64,000 nucleotides of DNA from an uncultured Acidimicrobiales bacterium (lineage in GTDB: Bacteria; Actinomycetota; Acidimicrobiia; Acidimicrobiales; Ilumatobacteraceae), in assembly GCA_963738325.1 (NCBI GenBank), contig CAVTWD010000015.1:30767-94766 (forward strand), read 5' to 3'. A model generated the notes under the pieces. The model searched no databases and was not told where the DNA came from. It was given only the letters and a program-made list of their open reading frames with translations. Position numbers and translations under genes: made by a program. Each line of letters starts with the position of its first letter. The first letter of the stretch is position 1. Of the stretch, positions 51,229 to 62,308 are shown piece by piece.

Positions 51229-54097
51229 TCAGACGAGCACCCGCACTTGATCGAAGTCAGCGCGGGGCGGCGGCTCGACGCGCACCTGGGCGTCGAGCAC
51301 CCAGACCCCGCTTCGCGATGCGAGGAACGGGTTGAGCCGCGCCGAGCGGATCTCCGGGAAGTCGTCAGCCAGCTGTCCGACCCGCCCCAGCACATCGAGC
51401 ACGGTGTCCGGGTCCACGCCGAGCGCGCTGAGCGCCTCCGCCGCCCTCGACGACGACACGAGCTCGCGCCCGTCGAGGTCGGTGAGCGGCAGGCTCCGCA
51501 CCGGCCGATCGGCGATGGCGTCCGCGAACGCGCCGCCGAGACCGAACGACACCACCGGGCCGAAGGAAGGATGGTGCTCGACCCCGATGAACGTCTCGAC
51601 GCCCCCGGGGACCATGCGCTGCACCACCGCCTCCGCCATGGCCCCGCCGAGGGTGGCGGTCATCCGCTGGTACGAGCCGCGCAACTGCGCCTCGGTCTGG
51701 ATGTCGAGCGCCACTCCCCCGCTCTCGGAGCGGGCCAGGTGGGGGAAGCCGGACGCCTTGAGGGCGACGGGGTAGCCGACGGCCTGGGCCGCGGCCACGG
51801 CCTCGTCGATATTGGTGGTGGCGATGGCCGGCGCCGTCGGGATGCCGTACGCGGCGAGCAGACGATGGGTGACGAGAAGGGGCAGGAGCGTGCCTCGGGG
51901 TCGGAGCACGAGCGCCTGCTCGATGATCTCGCGGGCCGCGTCCTCGTCGAGTCCGGGGTAGCTGGGGACGACCCCCTCGGGCCGGGCCCGCCAGGCCGCA
52001 TAGCGGCTGATGCGGCCGAGGACGGCGACGGCCGGTTCGGGGAAGGCGAAGGCCGGCACCACGCTGCCGGGCAGCAGCGGGCCGTCGTCCTTGCCGAGGG
52101 TGACGGTCAGGACCGGCTTGTCGTGGCCGGCGGCCGCCTCGGCGATGGCGGCGGCGACGTCGTGGTGACCGATCACGAGGGGAGGCGTGTAGATGGCGAG
52201 CACCGCGTCGACGCCGGGATCGGTGAGCAAGTGCTCGAGGGCCGCCCGGTAGTCGGCCGGGACCGAACGGTAAGTCAGGTCGAGGGGGTTGGCGACGATC
52301 ACGTCGTCCGCGAGGTTGGCCGCAAGCTCGTCACGCGTGTCCACGGCGAGCTCGGCCACTTCGAGGTGGGCGGTGGCAAAGCCGTCCATGGCCAGGATGG
52401 CCGGGCTCGACGAGTTCGTGATGATGGCGACGCGCGGTCCACATGGGAGGGGTTGCCCGGCCAGCACCCGCCCCACGTCGAACAGCTCGCGAACGGTCTC
52501 GACCCGGATCACGCCCGCCTGCTGGTAGAGCGCGTCGGCGGCGACGTCGGCCGCCGACCCGCGTCCCGACTTCACGGCGACGATCGGCTTTCGCCGTGAC
52601 ACCCGCCGAGCGATCCGGCCGAACTTCTTCGGGTTGCCGAATCCTTCGGTGTAGAGGAGGACGGCGTCCGTGGCGGAGTCCTCGTACCAGTAGTTGAGGA
52701 GGTCGTTGGCGCTCACATCGCCCTTGTTGCCCAACGACACGAACGTCGAGATGCCGGCGCCGAGCCGCTTGGCCAGCTCCAGCATGGCCGTGCCGAGGGG
52801 CCCGGATTGCAGGGACACCGCGAGCCGGCCGGGGAGCACGTCGAGCGGAGCGAAGCTGGCGTGCAGCCGAGCGTCGGGGGCGGTGGCGATGATGCCCATC
52901 GAGCCGGGGCCGACGATGCGCATCCCGTTCCGGCGGGCGAGGTCGACGACCTCGCGCTGCAAGGCCGCCCCTTCCGGCCCGGCGTCGGCGAAGCCGGTGC
53001 TCACGATCACGGCGCCACGCACCCGCTTCTCTCCGCACTGGCGCACGATCTCGAGGACCTCGTTGGCGGGCACCGCGATCACGGCGAGATGCACGTCGTC
53101 GGGCACGTCGAGCACGCTGGCATACGCCGCGACACTCGCCACGTGCGGCGTGGTGGGATTGACCGGGTAGACGCCGCCGTCGAAGCCGGAGTTGAGGAGG
53201 TTGCGGAAGATCTCCCGGCCGACCGAGCCCGGGCGATCGGAGGCGCCGATCACGGCGACGGCGCGCGGGTGCAGCAGCCGAGCGATGGAGCGGCTCTCGG
53301 CCCGCTGCTCGCGGCGGTCGACGCTCTCCAGGTAGCGCGCTCGTCGGCTCGATGTCGAAGGCGACGTCGATGATCCCGCCCGAGAACTCGTTGGTCACCT
53401 CGAACCCGGCTCGCCGGAAGACGCCGAGCATGGCCCGGTTGTCGGGCAGCACCTCAGCGGTGAAGCGGGCGATGCCCCGCTGCCGGGCGAGGGCGGCCAG
53501 ATGTTCGAGCAAGAGGGTGGCGAGGCCGCGACCTTGGTGCGCGTCGTCGACGGTGAAGGCAACCTCGGCCTCGTCTCGCCCCGGCCAGCGGTCGTACCGG
53601 GCCACCGCGATGATGTCGTCACCGAGAATGGCGACCAGCGCCACCCGGTCCTGCATGTCGACGGTGGTGAACTTCTCGACCTCTTTGTCGGTCAGCCGCG
53701 GCTTCGGCGAGAAGAACCGGAAGTACACGCTCTGCGGGGACAGACGGGAGTGGAAGGCGACGAGGCTCGCCGCGTCATCGGGACCGATCGGGCGCACGTG
53801 CACCGGTGCCCCGTCGGAGAGCACGACGTCGGTCTCCCACGTCGGTGCGTCGTTGGAGGGCACGGGCGGCAGGGTAGTGGGCGGCCTTGGCGAGGTTCTG
53901 CGGCGCGGAGTGACGTTCGGCACCGGATTCGGACCTCGTCTCGCGCCGCGCGTGGCGGACGCCGTGCGGGACGCTCCGTGACGTCGTAGGGTGCGCTCGG
54001 GCACACACGGCGATGGGAGGGCGGTCCATGGCTCAGGCCCCGGCGTCGCTGGCGCGGCGTTCTCCGCTTGGTGACGATCAGGCGCGCTCCGCTGCAT
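51229..54097 (-). pseudogene. Pat-type protein acetyltransferase (N-terminal GNAT plus NDP-forming acyl-CoA synthetase-like CoA-binding/ATP-grasp domains) with a +1 frameshift near 53300; 5' start uncertain (GTG 53853 alternative)
   Basis: The GNAT part (...APTWETDVVLSDGAPVHVRPI...AFTVDDAHQGRGLATLLLEHL) is in the 52331 frame. The remainder (YLESVDRREQRAESRSIARLLHPRAVAVIGASDRPGSVG...) is in the 51229 frame. Confidence 0.65.
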
Positions 54098-54160
54098 CCT
54101 GTCGTGCCCCGTCCGTTGATCCTCCCTGCTCGACGCGCGTTGCCGCCCCCCCACTTTCGA

Positions 54161-54174
54161 TATACCGTGGGTAT
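54161..54174. promoter_or_regulatory. inverted repeat ATACC-GTG-GGTAT abutting the second TetR start (candidate autoregulatory operator)
   Basis: Shares TACC/GGTA half-sites with the operator candidate at 15801. Confidence 0.35.
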
Positions 54175-54175
54175 C

Positions 54176-54790
54176 ATGAATAAGCGGACCTACACGATGC
54201 GGGCAAGGGCTGAGACGGCCCGGGCCACGCATCGCCGGATACTCGAAGCGGCGGAGCAGCTCTTCCTCGAGCGGTGGTACGACGAGGTGACTCTCGAGCA
54301 GGTGGCCGAGCTGGCCGGTGTCTCCAAGCAGACCGTTCTGCGCCGCTTCGGCTCGAAAGAGGCCTTGTTCGCCGCGATGGCCGATGATCTCGGCGCCCAC
54401 ATCGAAAACCGCCGCAACGGTGTGGCCCCGGGCGATCTCGGACGGGCCGCGGCGGTGCTGAGCGCCGACCACGAGCGGACCGCCCTCACGACGACTCGAC
54501 TCGAGGCCATGGAGGAGCGCATCCCTGCACTCGGCCCCATCCTCCGCACCGGGCGTTCGCGCCGTCGGGACTGGGTCGAGCGCACGTTGGCGGCCTTGCT
54601 CCCGCCGAAGGCGAGCAAGGACCATCGCCGCCGCCTGGCGATGGCCATGCTGATCACCAGCCCGGCGGCGTGGAAGACGCTGCGCCACGACCTGGGGCTC
54701 GGCCGCCGCGAGGCCGAGCGGGCGGTCGAGGAGCTGCTCCTCGCCCTTCGTCAGCTCGACGGGCCCGGCCGGAGGCGGCCCTCGTCGTGA
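54176..54790 (+). CDS. TetR-family transcriptional regulator
   Basis: HTH region RRILEAAEQLFLERWYDEVTLEQVAELAGVSKQTVLRRF. The stop overlaps the glycosyltransferase start (GTGA). Confidence 0.8.
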   Translation: MNKRTYTMRARAETARATHRRILEAAEQLFLERWYDEVTLEQVAELAGVSKQTVLRRFGSKEALFAAMADDLGAHIENRRNGVAPGDLGRAAAVLSADHERTALTTTRLEAMEERIPALGPILRTGRSRRRDWVERTLAALLPPKASKDHRRRLAMAMLITSPAAWKTLRHDLGLGRREAERAVEELLLALRQLDGPGRRRPSS

Positions 54791-56061
54791 CCCGCCGGGG
54801 CCGGTTCCTCGTGGCCACGTGGGAGGGCGGCGGCACGTCCACAGTCGAGCTTGCCCTCGCGAAGCGGCTCGTGCGCCGGGGGCACAGCGTGCGGGTCATC
54901 GGCGACCCCACCATCGCGGCGATGGCCGAAGCGGCGGGCTGCGGGTTCACGCCGTGGCGGCGCGCCCCCATCGCCGCAGCTTCGAACCGACCGAGGGGTT
55001 CGTGCGGGATTGGACCGCGCCCACGCCGTTGCACGCCTTCGTCAGCGCCCGCGATCGGCTGCTGTGCGGGCCGGCGTTGGCCTTCGCTCGCGACACCCTC
55101 GACGAGCTCGGCAACCATCCCGCGGACGTGGTCGTGGTGGACATGGCCCTGTTCGGGGTGCTGCTGGCGGCCGAGCGAGCGGGCGTCCCGGCGGCGGTGG
55201 CGATGCCGACGGTCTATGTCCGTCCCACGCCCGGCGCCACGCCCGTCGGCATCGGCTTGACCCCGGCTCGCGGGCCCCTCGGGCGCCAACGCGATCACAT
55301 CCTGACCGCGGCCGCCTCCCGCGCGTGGGACACCGGCACGCCGGCCCTCAACGAGGCTCGCACCGCCCTCGGCCTACCGCGGGTGAGCCATCCGTTCAGC
55401 CTCTACGACGGCGCCGCCCGGGTGCTCGTGCTCACGACCAGCGTCCTCGACCGCCCGCAGGTGGCGCTGCCGCGCAACGTCGTGTACGCGGGACCGGTGC
55501 TCGACGATCCTTCTTGGGCGGGTGACGAGGTGGTCACGCCGCCCGGGACCGACCCGCTCGTGCTGGTGGGCCTGAGCGCCACGTTCCAGGACCAGGCCTC
55601 GATGCTCCAGCGGATCATCACCGCGCTCGGTTCGCTGCCGGTCCGTGGGCTCGTCACGCTCGGCCCTTCGCTCGAGTCGACTCGGTTCGACGCGCCTCCC
55701 AACGTTCGCGGTGATCGGCCGGGCGCCGCACAACAAGGTCCTCCCCAGCGCCGTGGCCATGGTGACGCACGCCGGGCACGGCTCGGTGGTGCGATCCTTG
55801 GCTCATGGGGTGCCGCTCGTCTGCTTGCCGATGGGGCGTGATCAACACGACATCGCCAAGCGAGCGACCCTCGCCGGGACCGCGATCACCGTGCACCGAC
55901 CCCAACCCGCCGCGATCGCCAGGGCCATCGAGGCTCTGCAGCGCGACCCCGGGTACCGGATGGCGGCGGCGACCGCAGCGCGGACGATCGCCGAGGAGGT
56001 GCGGGCCGATCGCGCCATGGGCGAGCTCGAAGCCCTCGCGCTCATGGGCGCCGGCGTGTGA
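54787..56061 (+). pseudogene. GT1-family (MGT/UDP-glycosyltransferase-like) glycosyltransferase with two frameshifts (about 54960 and about 55720)
   Basis: N-terminus RFLVATWEGGGTSTVELALAKRLVRRGHSVRV. The C-terminal sugar-donor motif is ...THAGHGSVVRSLAHGVPLVCLPMGRDQHDIA. The three parts are in three frames. Confidence 0.7.
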
Positions 56062-56143
56062 GCGCCGCGAAGGCACCCGCATGGTCGTCGGTGGGTTGAA
56101 TGGGCCGAACGGCCCATTGATGGACCACTGAGCGAGACCGACG

Positions 56144-58324
56144 GTGCCACCGATGCGGTTGCTCGGGCGAGTCCTCGGCTCGGCGTGGCTGGTGGCGTTG
56201 GTCGCGACCTCAGCCGCGGGCGCCGCAGTGGCAGACCAGCTCCAGGTGGTCGACGTCAACGCCTCGGCCGCGCCCGGTGCCCGCATCGTGGTGGCCACGC
56301 CCGCCCAGTTCAGCGGCCGCACGCTCACCTCGGCAGAGTTCCTGGCCACCCAAGGCGGCACCACCATCCCCGTCCAGGCGACACCGATCCCACCGGCCTC
56401 ACGCCGGGTGGCGTTGGTGATCGACAACGGCGACGGCATCGATCAGCACACCTTCGACCTGGAGCGGGGCGCGGCGACGGAGTTGATCCGCCGGCTCGAC
56501 AACGGGACGTGGGTCGCCGTGCTCGCTTCGGTGACCCCCTTCGGCGTCCAGGCCCCCACCCAGGACCGCGCCAAGGCCGTCGCCACGCTCACCACCTTGA
56601 AGCGGGGGGGCCTGCGCCGCCTCGACGCCGCCGCCGGCGTGGCGGCCTCGCTCGTGCAGCCTGGGACTCCGATCACGAAACGGGTGGTGGTGTTCTCGGG
56701 CGCGGCTGGAGGCGGCCTCGACGGCGTGGCCGCCGTACCTGGCGGGCGACTCGACGTCGTCTCGGTGGCGGGCGGGGTGTCGCCGACGATTCCGCTCGCC
56801 GGCATCCGGGTGCTCACCGCAGGGACGAATCTCACCGCCACCGTCGACGGCATCGCCAGCCAGCTCACCGGGCAGTACGAGCTCGCTCTCCAGACCCGCC
56901 CACCGAGCACACAGCCCATCGACCTCACGCTGGTCGCCGATGGCCGGACGTTCAGCGCCCGTGTCGATGTGCCCGCGCTGACGGCCACCACGGTCGTCCC
57001 GCCGACGAGCGCCCCAACCGCGCCCGCGCCGACAACTGTCGCGACGCACGACGACCTCGTCTCGTCGCCCGGGTTCCTCGTGTTCCTCGCGGTCGATGCG
57101 GCCGCCATTGCCTTGTTGCTGCTCTCCCTCGCGCTGCGCCGGCACCACCGCAAGAGCCGTCACCGTCCGGTGCGCAGCCGGCCCGCCCCGCCGACACGGG
57201 AGGAGGAACCTGCGCCTGTCCTCGCCGCCGAGGGAGGGGCGGTCGAGGCGCCTGAGTCCGCCCCGCCCGGGCGAGAGGAGACCACCCGGGCCGAGCCCGA
57301 GCGCGAGGTGAAGCCGGCAAGGGCAAGTGGAGCGGTGGCGGGGCTGTCTTCGCCGCTCGAAGTCCTCGCCAGTGTGGCGACCGTCGCCGTGGCGCAACAG
57401 GAGGCTCCCGCGGAACCCGAGGAAGAGCCGGTCGCCGAACCCGAGGAAGAGCCGGCGCCCGAAGCGGAGGACGAACCAGTCTGCGAGCCCGAGCAAGGGC
57501 GCGTCGCAGAGGAACTCGCCTCGGCGCCGGAGCCCGAAGAAGAGTCGGCGGAGCTCGAGCCCGAAGAAGAGACGGCGCCTGTAGCGGAAGAAGCACCGGT
57601 CTCCGCGCCCGAAGAGCCTGTCGCCGAGGAAGTCGCGGCGGAGCCCGAGCCCGAGGAAGAGCCCGCCGCCGAGGCGGAGGAAGCGACCGTCCCAGAGCCC
57701 GAGCAAGAGCCCGCCGCACAAGCGGAGCAAGTCACGTCGGCCTCCGAGCCGGACGAAGCGATCGCCCCTGAGCCCGAGGAGGAGCCCGCCCTCGAGCCCG
57801 AGCCCGTCGAGGCGGTCGCGACGGCGATCGGCCTGGCGGCCGCGACCGCGCCGGCCGAGGCAACCGCGCCCGTCGATGACGACGTCCAGCTCGAAGGCCA
57901 TGTCCTCGTCGCGTGGCGGCGGGATGATGCCACCGAAACCCGGCCGCGCCGACGCCGCACCTCCCTGGTCGACCTCGCCCTCGTCGACGATGGCTGGCAC
58001 CACGAGACCGACATCGACACCGACAGCGAGCCCGTCGACGCCATCGAACCGGACGACGTCGCCCTCACCGAGCGGGCCCACCCCATCCATTCGACGATTG
58101 CGCGCCACGACCCAGACAGCGACCTGAGGGCCGAGCCCTCCGTCCCTCCGACCCCCGGCACCCGCCCCCCGGGACGCCCGGCGGTGATCCGGCGCTACCT
58201 GATCGGAGCCGTGCCGTCGCCGCCCGACCACAACGGCAGCTACGCGGAGTGGCCTCGGGCATTCTCGGGCGTGGCCGACACCACCACCGAGCCGCGGAGG
58301 CCGTCCGGTTCCACTCGCTCGTGA
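56144..58324 (+). CDS. secreted/membrane protein: N-terminal VWA-like domain, a central TM helix, and a long acidic Pro/Glu/Ala repeat tail
   Basis: Signal peptide, then ...RRVALVIDNGDGID..., then a TM (FLVFLAVDAAAIALLLLSLAL), then EPEEEPAAE-type repeats over about 200 aa. Confidence 0.55.
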   Translation: MPPMRLLGRVLGSAWLVALVATSAAGAAVADQLQVVDVNASAAPGARIVVATPAQFSGRTLTSAEFLATQGGTTIPVQATPIPPASRRVALVIDNGDGIDQHTFDLERGAATELIRRLDNGTWVAVLASVTPFGVQAPTQDRAKAVATLTTLKRGGLRRLDAAAGVAASLVQPGTPITKRVVVFSGAAGGGLDGVAAVPGGRLDVVSVAGGVSPTIPLAGIRVLTAGTNLTATVDGIASQLTGQYELALQTRPPSTQPIDLTLVADGRTFSARVDVPALTATTVVPPTSAPTAPAPTTVATHDDLVSSPGFLVFLAVDAAAIALLLLSLALRRHHRKSRHRPVRSRPAPPTREEEPAPVLAAEGGAVEAPESAPPGREETTRAEPEREVKPARASGAVAGLSSPLEVLASVATVAVAQQEAPAEPEEEPVAEPEEEPAPEAEDEPVCEPEQGRVAEELASAPEPEEESAELEPEEETAPVAEEAPVSAPEEPVAEEVAAEPEPEEEPAAEAEEATVPEPEQEPAAQAEQVTSASEPDEAIAPEPEEEPALEPEPVEAVATAIGLAAATAPAEATAPVDDDVQLEGHVLVAWRRDDATETRPRRRRTSLVDLALVDDGWHHETDIDTDSEPVDAIEPDDVALTERAHPIHSTIARHDPDSDLRAEPSVPPTPGTRPPGRPAVIRRYLIGAVPSPPDHNGSYAEWPRAFSGVADTTTEPRRPSGSTRS
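57330..57800. repeat. imperfect tandem repeats (about 18-27 bp, gagcccgaggaagagccg-like) encoding the acidic EPEEEP tail
   Basis: Repeated at least 12 times with variation. Confidence 0.6.
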
Positions 58325-58334
58325 CCGGGTCGCG

Positions 58335-58757
58335 GTGACAGCATCGAGCGGCGTGCCCAAGCCTCCGCCCGTCGCCCCGCTCACCGTCCTCGGCCACGAC
58401 GTGCGCCATCCCATCGCCCATGTCGAGACCTTCCCCGCCCCGGCGGGGTGCAGCCTCGTGCGCCTTCGCACTGACGAGCTCTCGTCGGTGTGCCCTGTCA
58501 CGGGCCAGCCCGATCTGAGCACCCTCGTCATCGAGTACGGCCCGGAGGCGGCGTGCGTCGAGGCGAAGTCGCTCAAGCTCTACCTCTGGGGATTTCGCGA
58601 CCGGCCTGTCTTCGCCGAGGCGCTCGTAGCCGAGATCGCCGAGGAGATCCGCTCGGCCGCCCGGCCCCGCTGGGTGAGGGCCACCGTGGTGCAACGGCCT
58701 CGCGGCGGCATCACCGTGGAGGCCGAATCAGTCCTCGGCGACGCGCCTCAGAGGTAG
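58335..58757 (+). CDS. queF: NADPH-dependent 7-cyano-7-deazaguanine reductase
   Basis: CPVTGQPDL...IEY...KSLKLYLWGFR matches the QueF signature with the catalytic Cys. Confidence 0.8.
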   Translation: MTASSGVPKPPPVAPLTVLGHDVRHPIAHVETFPAPAGCSLVRLRTDELSSVCPVTGQPDLSTLVIEYGPEAACVEAKSLKLYLWGFRDRPVFAEALVAEIAEEIRSAARPRWVRATVVQRPRGGITVEAESVLGDAPQR

Positions 58758-60019
58758 CCCAGGGACTTGGCCGAGGAGGTCAACGAGTCACGGTGCTCGG
58801 GATGGGCGATGGCGATCAGCGCCGTCGTCCGCTGGCGGATGGAGCGACCCCGCAGCTCGGCCACCCCCCACTCGGTCACCACCTTGTCGACGGTGTTCTT
58901 GAGCGTGGTCACAGCGTCGCCAGCGGCGAGCCGGGGCACGATGCGCGACACGCCGTGGCGACCGGTCGACTTCAGCACGAGGAAGCCCTGGCCTCCTTGC
59001 GAGTACATCGCCCCGCGGGCGAAGTCGGCCTGGCCTCCGCTCGACGAGTAGTACGCGCCGGCCACGGTCTCCGAAGCCGCCTGGCCGAGGAAGTCGACCG
59101 CCAGGGTGGCGTTGATCGACACGAAGCTGCTCTCCTGCGCGATGACGCGCGGATCGTTGACGTAGCGAACCGGCCACAGCTCGAAGGCCGCGTTCTGGTC
59201 GAGGAAGTCGTAGAGCGCGGCTGTTCCCAGGGCGAAGGTACCGACGGTCTTCGTGCGGTTGAGCTGCTTGCGGACGCCGTTCACCACGCCTTGCTCCACC
59301 AGCGCCACGACCCCGTCGGACAGCAGCTCGGTGTGCACCCCGAGGTCTCGATGGTTGCGCAGGGCGCTCATCACCGCATTGGGGATCGACCCGATGCCCG
59401 TCTGGAAGGTGGCCCCATCGGGAATGCGTTCGGCGATCAGGGCGCCGATCCGTCGATCGAGCTCGTCGGCTGCGGGCGGTTGGACCTCGATGAGGGGCAC
59501 GTCCGACTCGGCCCATCCGATGATCTGGGACACGTGGATCTGGTTGCGACCGAAGGTCCGCGGCATGCGCCGGTTGCCCTCGAGGAAGAAGCGCGCCCGC
59601 CCGATGAACGACGAGACGTAGTCGGCGCTGACGCCGAGCGAGAAGTAGCCGTGGCGGTCGGGCAAGGAGGCGGCGGCCAGCACCAACGGATCGCGGGTGG
59701 CCTCCCGGAGGATCTCCCGCATCTCGGAGAAGTTGTTGGGCACCAGCTCGACCGTGCCCTTGGCGAAATGGGGCCTCGTGACGTGGGAGAGGAAGTACGA
59801 GACGTGGTGAAGGCGCTCACCGAAAACCCCGGCCAGGTAGGGGCGGTCGCGGAGCGCGTGCATCTGGTGCACACGTACGCCCTCCAACCGGTCCGCGTGG
59901 TCTTCGATGGCGTCCATCAGCACCGGCGGCTCACCGTTGGCGAGCGGCAGGATGATGTCGGTGCCAGGCCCGATGTGGTCGAGCACCGCTTCTGGGCTGG
60001 AGGCGGGGGGCGCCTGCAC
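58748..60019 (-). CDS. acetyl-CoA hydrolase/transferase family (4-hydroxybutyrate CoA-transferase-like)
   Basis: ...FQTGIGSIPNAV...SSSGGQADF... are the family motifs. The start is GTG at about 60019 or 59986. Confidence 0.75.
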   Translation of the reverse strand: MQAPPASSPEAVLDHIGPGTDIILPLANGEPPVLMDAIEDHADRLEGVRVHQMHALRDRPYLAGVFGERLHHVSYFLSHVTRPHFAKGTVELVPNNFSEMREILREATRDPLVLAAASLPDRHGYFSLGVSADYVSSFIGRARFFLEGNRRMPRTFGRNQIHVSQIIGWAESDVPLIEVQPPAADELDRRIGALIAERIPDGATFQTGIGSIPNAVMSALRNHRDLGVHTELLSDGVVALVEQGVVNGVRKQLNRTKTVGTFALGTAALYDFLDQNAAFELWPVRYVNDPRVIAQESSFVSINATLAVDFLGQAASETVAGAYYSSSGGQADFARGAMYSQGGQGFLVLKSTGRHGVSRIVPRLAAGDAVTTLKNTVDKVVTEWGVAELRGRSIRQRTTALIAIAHPEHRDSLTSSAKSLGYL

Positions 60020-60055
60020 GGGCGGAACCGTACCGGCCGTGGCTACCGTGCGATC

Positions 60056-61274
60056 ATGCCGACGACGGTGCACGATCTCGACCTCCCCAGCATCGATCTC
60101 ACCGCCATCGAGGATCACGAGGAGCGCACCTCCACCCTCCACACGTTGCGCGAGCAGTCGTGGCTGCTGCGCACGCCGATCGGCTTCGCGGTCACCCGTT
60201 ACGACGACGTCGTGGCCATCCTCCGCGAGCGGCGCTTCCATTCGGCGGCGCGCCTTCTCGCCGAGCTCTCGGGCGTCACCGACGAGGCCTTCCTGGCCCG
60301 GCGGCGGGTGTCCATCCTCACCGCCGAAGGCGACGAGCACGCGCGGCTCCGCCGCCTCGTGGCGCCCGCGTTCACGCCGAAGGCGGCGGACCGCCTGCGG
60401 CCGTTCATGCGCGAGGTGGTGAATGGTCTCGTCGATGGCGTGGCGCCTGCGGGGCGCACCGAGTTCGTGGCGGACATCGAGCGCGCCGTATCCCATCCCG
60501 ATCATCTGCGAGCTCCTCGGCGCGCCGAAGGAGGACTGGGAGCTCTTCGCCCGCTGGGCGCCCGACATCCTCCGCGTCTTCAACCTGAACTTCCAGGAAG
60601 ACCTCCCGATCATCATGCAGGCGCAGGACGAGCTGGGCGCCTACGTGCGGGCGCTCATCGACCAGCGGCGCCACGAGCCGCGCGACGACCTGCTGACCGA
60701 CCTGATCCAGGCCGAGGAGGCCGGCGATCGTCTCTCCACCCAAGAGCTGGAGACCATGGTCGAGGCCGTGCTCGTGGGAGGAACCGACACCACCCGCAAT
60801 CAACTGGCGTGCACGATGGCGTTGTTCAGCGGGCAACCCGAGCAATGGGCACTGCTGGCGGAGCGGCCCGAGCTCGCGCCGCGCGCCGTCGAGGAATCGA
60901 TGCGCTACCTCGGGGCCGTGCGAGGCACGGCGCGCATCGCCTCGGAGGACATCGAGCACCGCGGCGTCGTGTTCCCGGCGGGAACGCTCGTCAACGCGTC
61001 GTTCGTCGCCTCGAACGCGGACCCCGAGGTGTGGTCCGAGCCGGAACGCTTCGACATCACCCGCGAATCCCCGTCGCCGCAGCTGACCTTCGGCAGCGGG
61101 ATCCACCACTGCCTGGGCGCGTGGCTGGCGCGAGCCGAGATGCAGGAAGCTCTCACGATCCTCGCTCGCCGCATGCCCGGCCTGAGGCCGGACGGCCCGG
61201 TGCTCTGGAAGCCCAACACCGTGGGCATCTGGGGCCCGCAGCGCCTCCCGTTGCGCTTCGAGCCCAGCCGCTGA
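60056..61274 (+). pseudogene. cytochrome P450 with a +1 frameshift near 60490
   Basis: N-terminus MPTTVHDLDLPSIDLTAIEDHEERTSTLHTLREQSWLLRTPIGFAVTRYDDV. The heme loop FGSGIHHCLGAWLARAE is in the second frame. Confidence 0.75.
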
Positions 61275-61281
61275 GGCCCGA

Positions 61282-62292
61282 TCAGTCCTTGCGGGCCCGG
61301 CTGGGGGCGACGCGGGGCGGCTCCCCGGGCATCTTCGGGTACACCGGCGGCCAAGGAGCGTCGCTCAACCCGTTGTCGAGGTCGCGGTGGAACAGCGCGA
61401 GCAGGGGCTCCAGTGTCTGGCGTCGCTCCCCCATCGGCGCCCACGGGTCCCCGGTCGCCTCGAGTCGCTCGGGCACGGTGGCGATGGTGAGGGCGTTGGG
61501 GTCGAGCCTGTCGAGCTCGTCCCATGGGAACGGCGTCGACACCTGGGCGCCCGGCCGCGCCCGCACCGACCACGCGCCGAACACGGTCTTGTGCGGCGCG
61601 TTCTGGTTGAAGTCGATGAACACCCGCCGGCCCCGCTCTTCCTTCCACCACGCCGCGGTGATCAGCTCGGGCCGCCGCCGCTCGAGCTCTCTCGCCGCGG
61701 CCACTGCGGCGGCGCGCACGGCGACCGAGTCCCAGTCCGGCGCCAGCTCGGCGTACACGTGGATGCCGCGGTTGCCGGTGGTCTTCGGGTAGCCCACGAG
61801 ACCGAGCTCGCCGAGGAAGCCGCGCACCTCATGGGCCGCTTCGCGCACCTGCTCAAACGCCACCCCGGGTTGGGGGTCGAGGTCGAGGCGGAGTTGGTCG
61901 GCGTGATCTGCCTCGGCCGCCAGCGCCGGCCACACATGGAACCCCAGGCAGCCGAGGTTGACGGCCCAGAGGACATGGGCGAGGTCGGCCACGACCAACG
62001 CGCGCGAGCTGGTGCCATTGGGGGTCGAGACGATGGTGGTCTCCAACCAGTCGGGCGCGCTGTCGGGCACCCGCTTCTGGAAGAAGGACGAGCCACCTGC
62101 GCCGTTCGGGAACCGCTGCAACAGGACCGGCCGGCCCCGCATCGCCCGCAGGAGCGGTTCGGCCACCCGTTGGTAGTAGTGGACGAGGTCGAGCTTCGTC
62201 TCGCCGCGCTCCGCGAAGAAGACCTTCGAGGCATGGGTGATGGCGAGGCGGCGCCCATCGACCTCGATCTCGACGGTGTCCTTGCCGGCCAC
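61282..62292 (-). CDS. LigD-type NHEJ polymerase/primase domain protein (standalone PolDom)
   Basis: ...GNRGIHVY...FIDFNQN... are archaeo-eukaryotic primase-fold motifs. No fused ligase or nuclease domain. Confidence 0.75.
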   Translation of the reverse strand: MAGKDTVEIEVDGRRLAITHASKVFFAERGETKLDLVHYYQRVAEPLLRAMRGRPVLLQRFPNGAGGSSFFQKRVPDSAPDWLETTIVSTPNGTSSRALVVADLAHVLWAVNLGCLGFHVWPALAAEADHADQLRLDLDPQPGVAFEQVREAAHEVRGFLGELGLVGYPKTTGNRGIHVYAELAPDWDSVAVRAAAVAAARELERRRPELITAAWWKEERGRRVFIDFNQNAPHKTVFGAWSVRARPGAQVSTPFPWDELDRLDPNALTIATVPERLEATGDPWAPMGERRQTLEPLLALFHRDLDNGLSDAPWPPVYPKMPGEPPRVAPSRARKD

Positions 62293-62308
62293 CTTCGCAC
62301 GCTACCGA

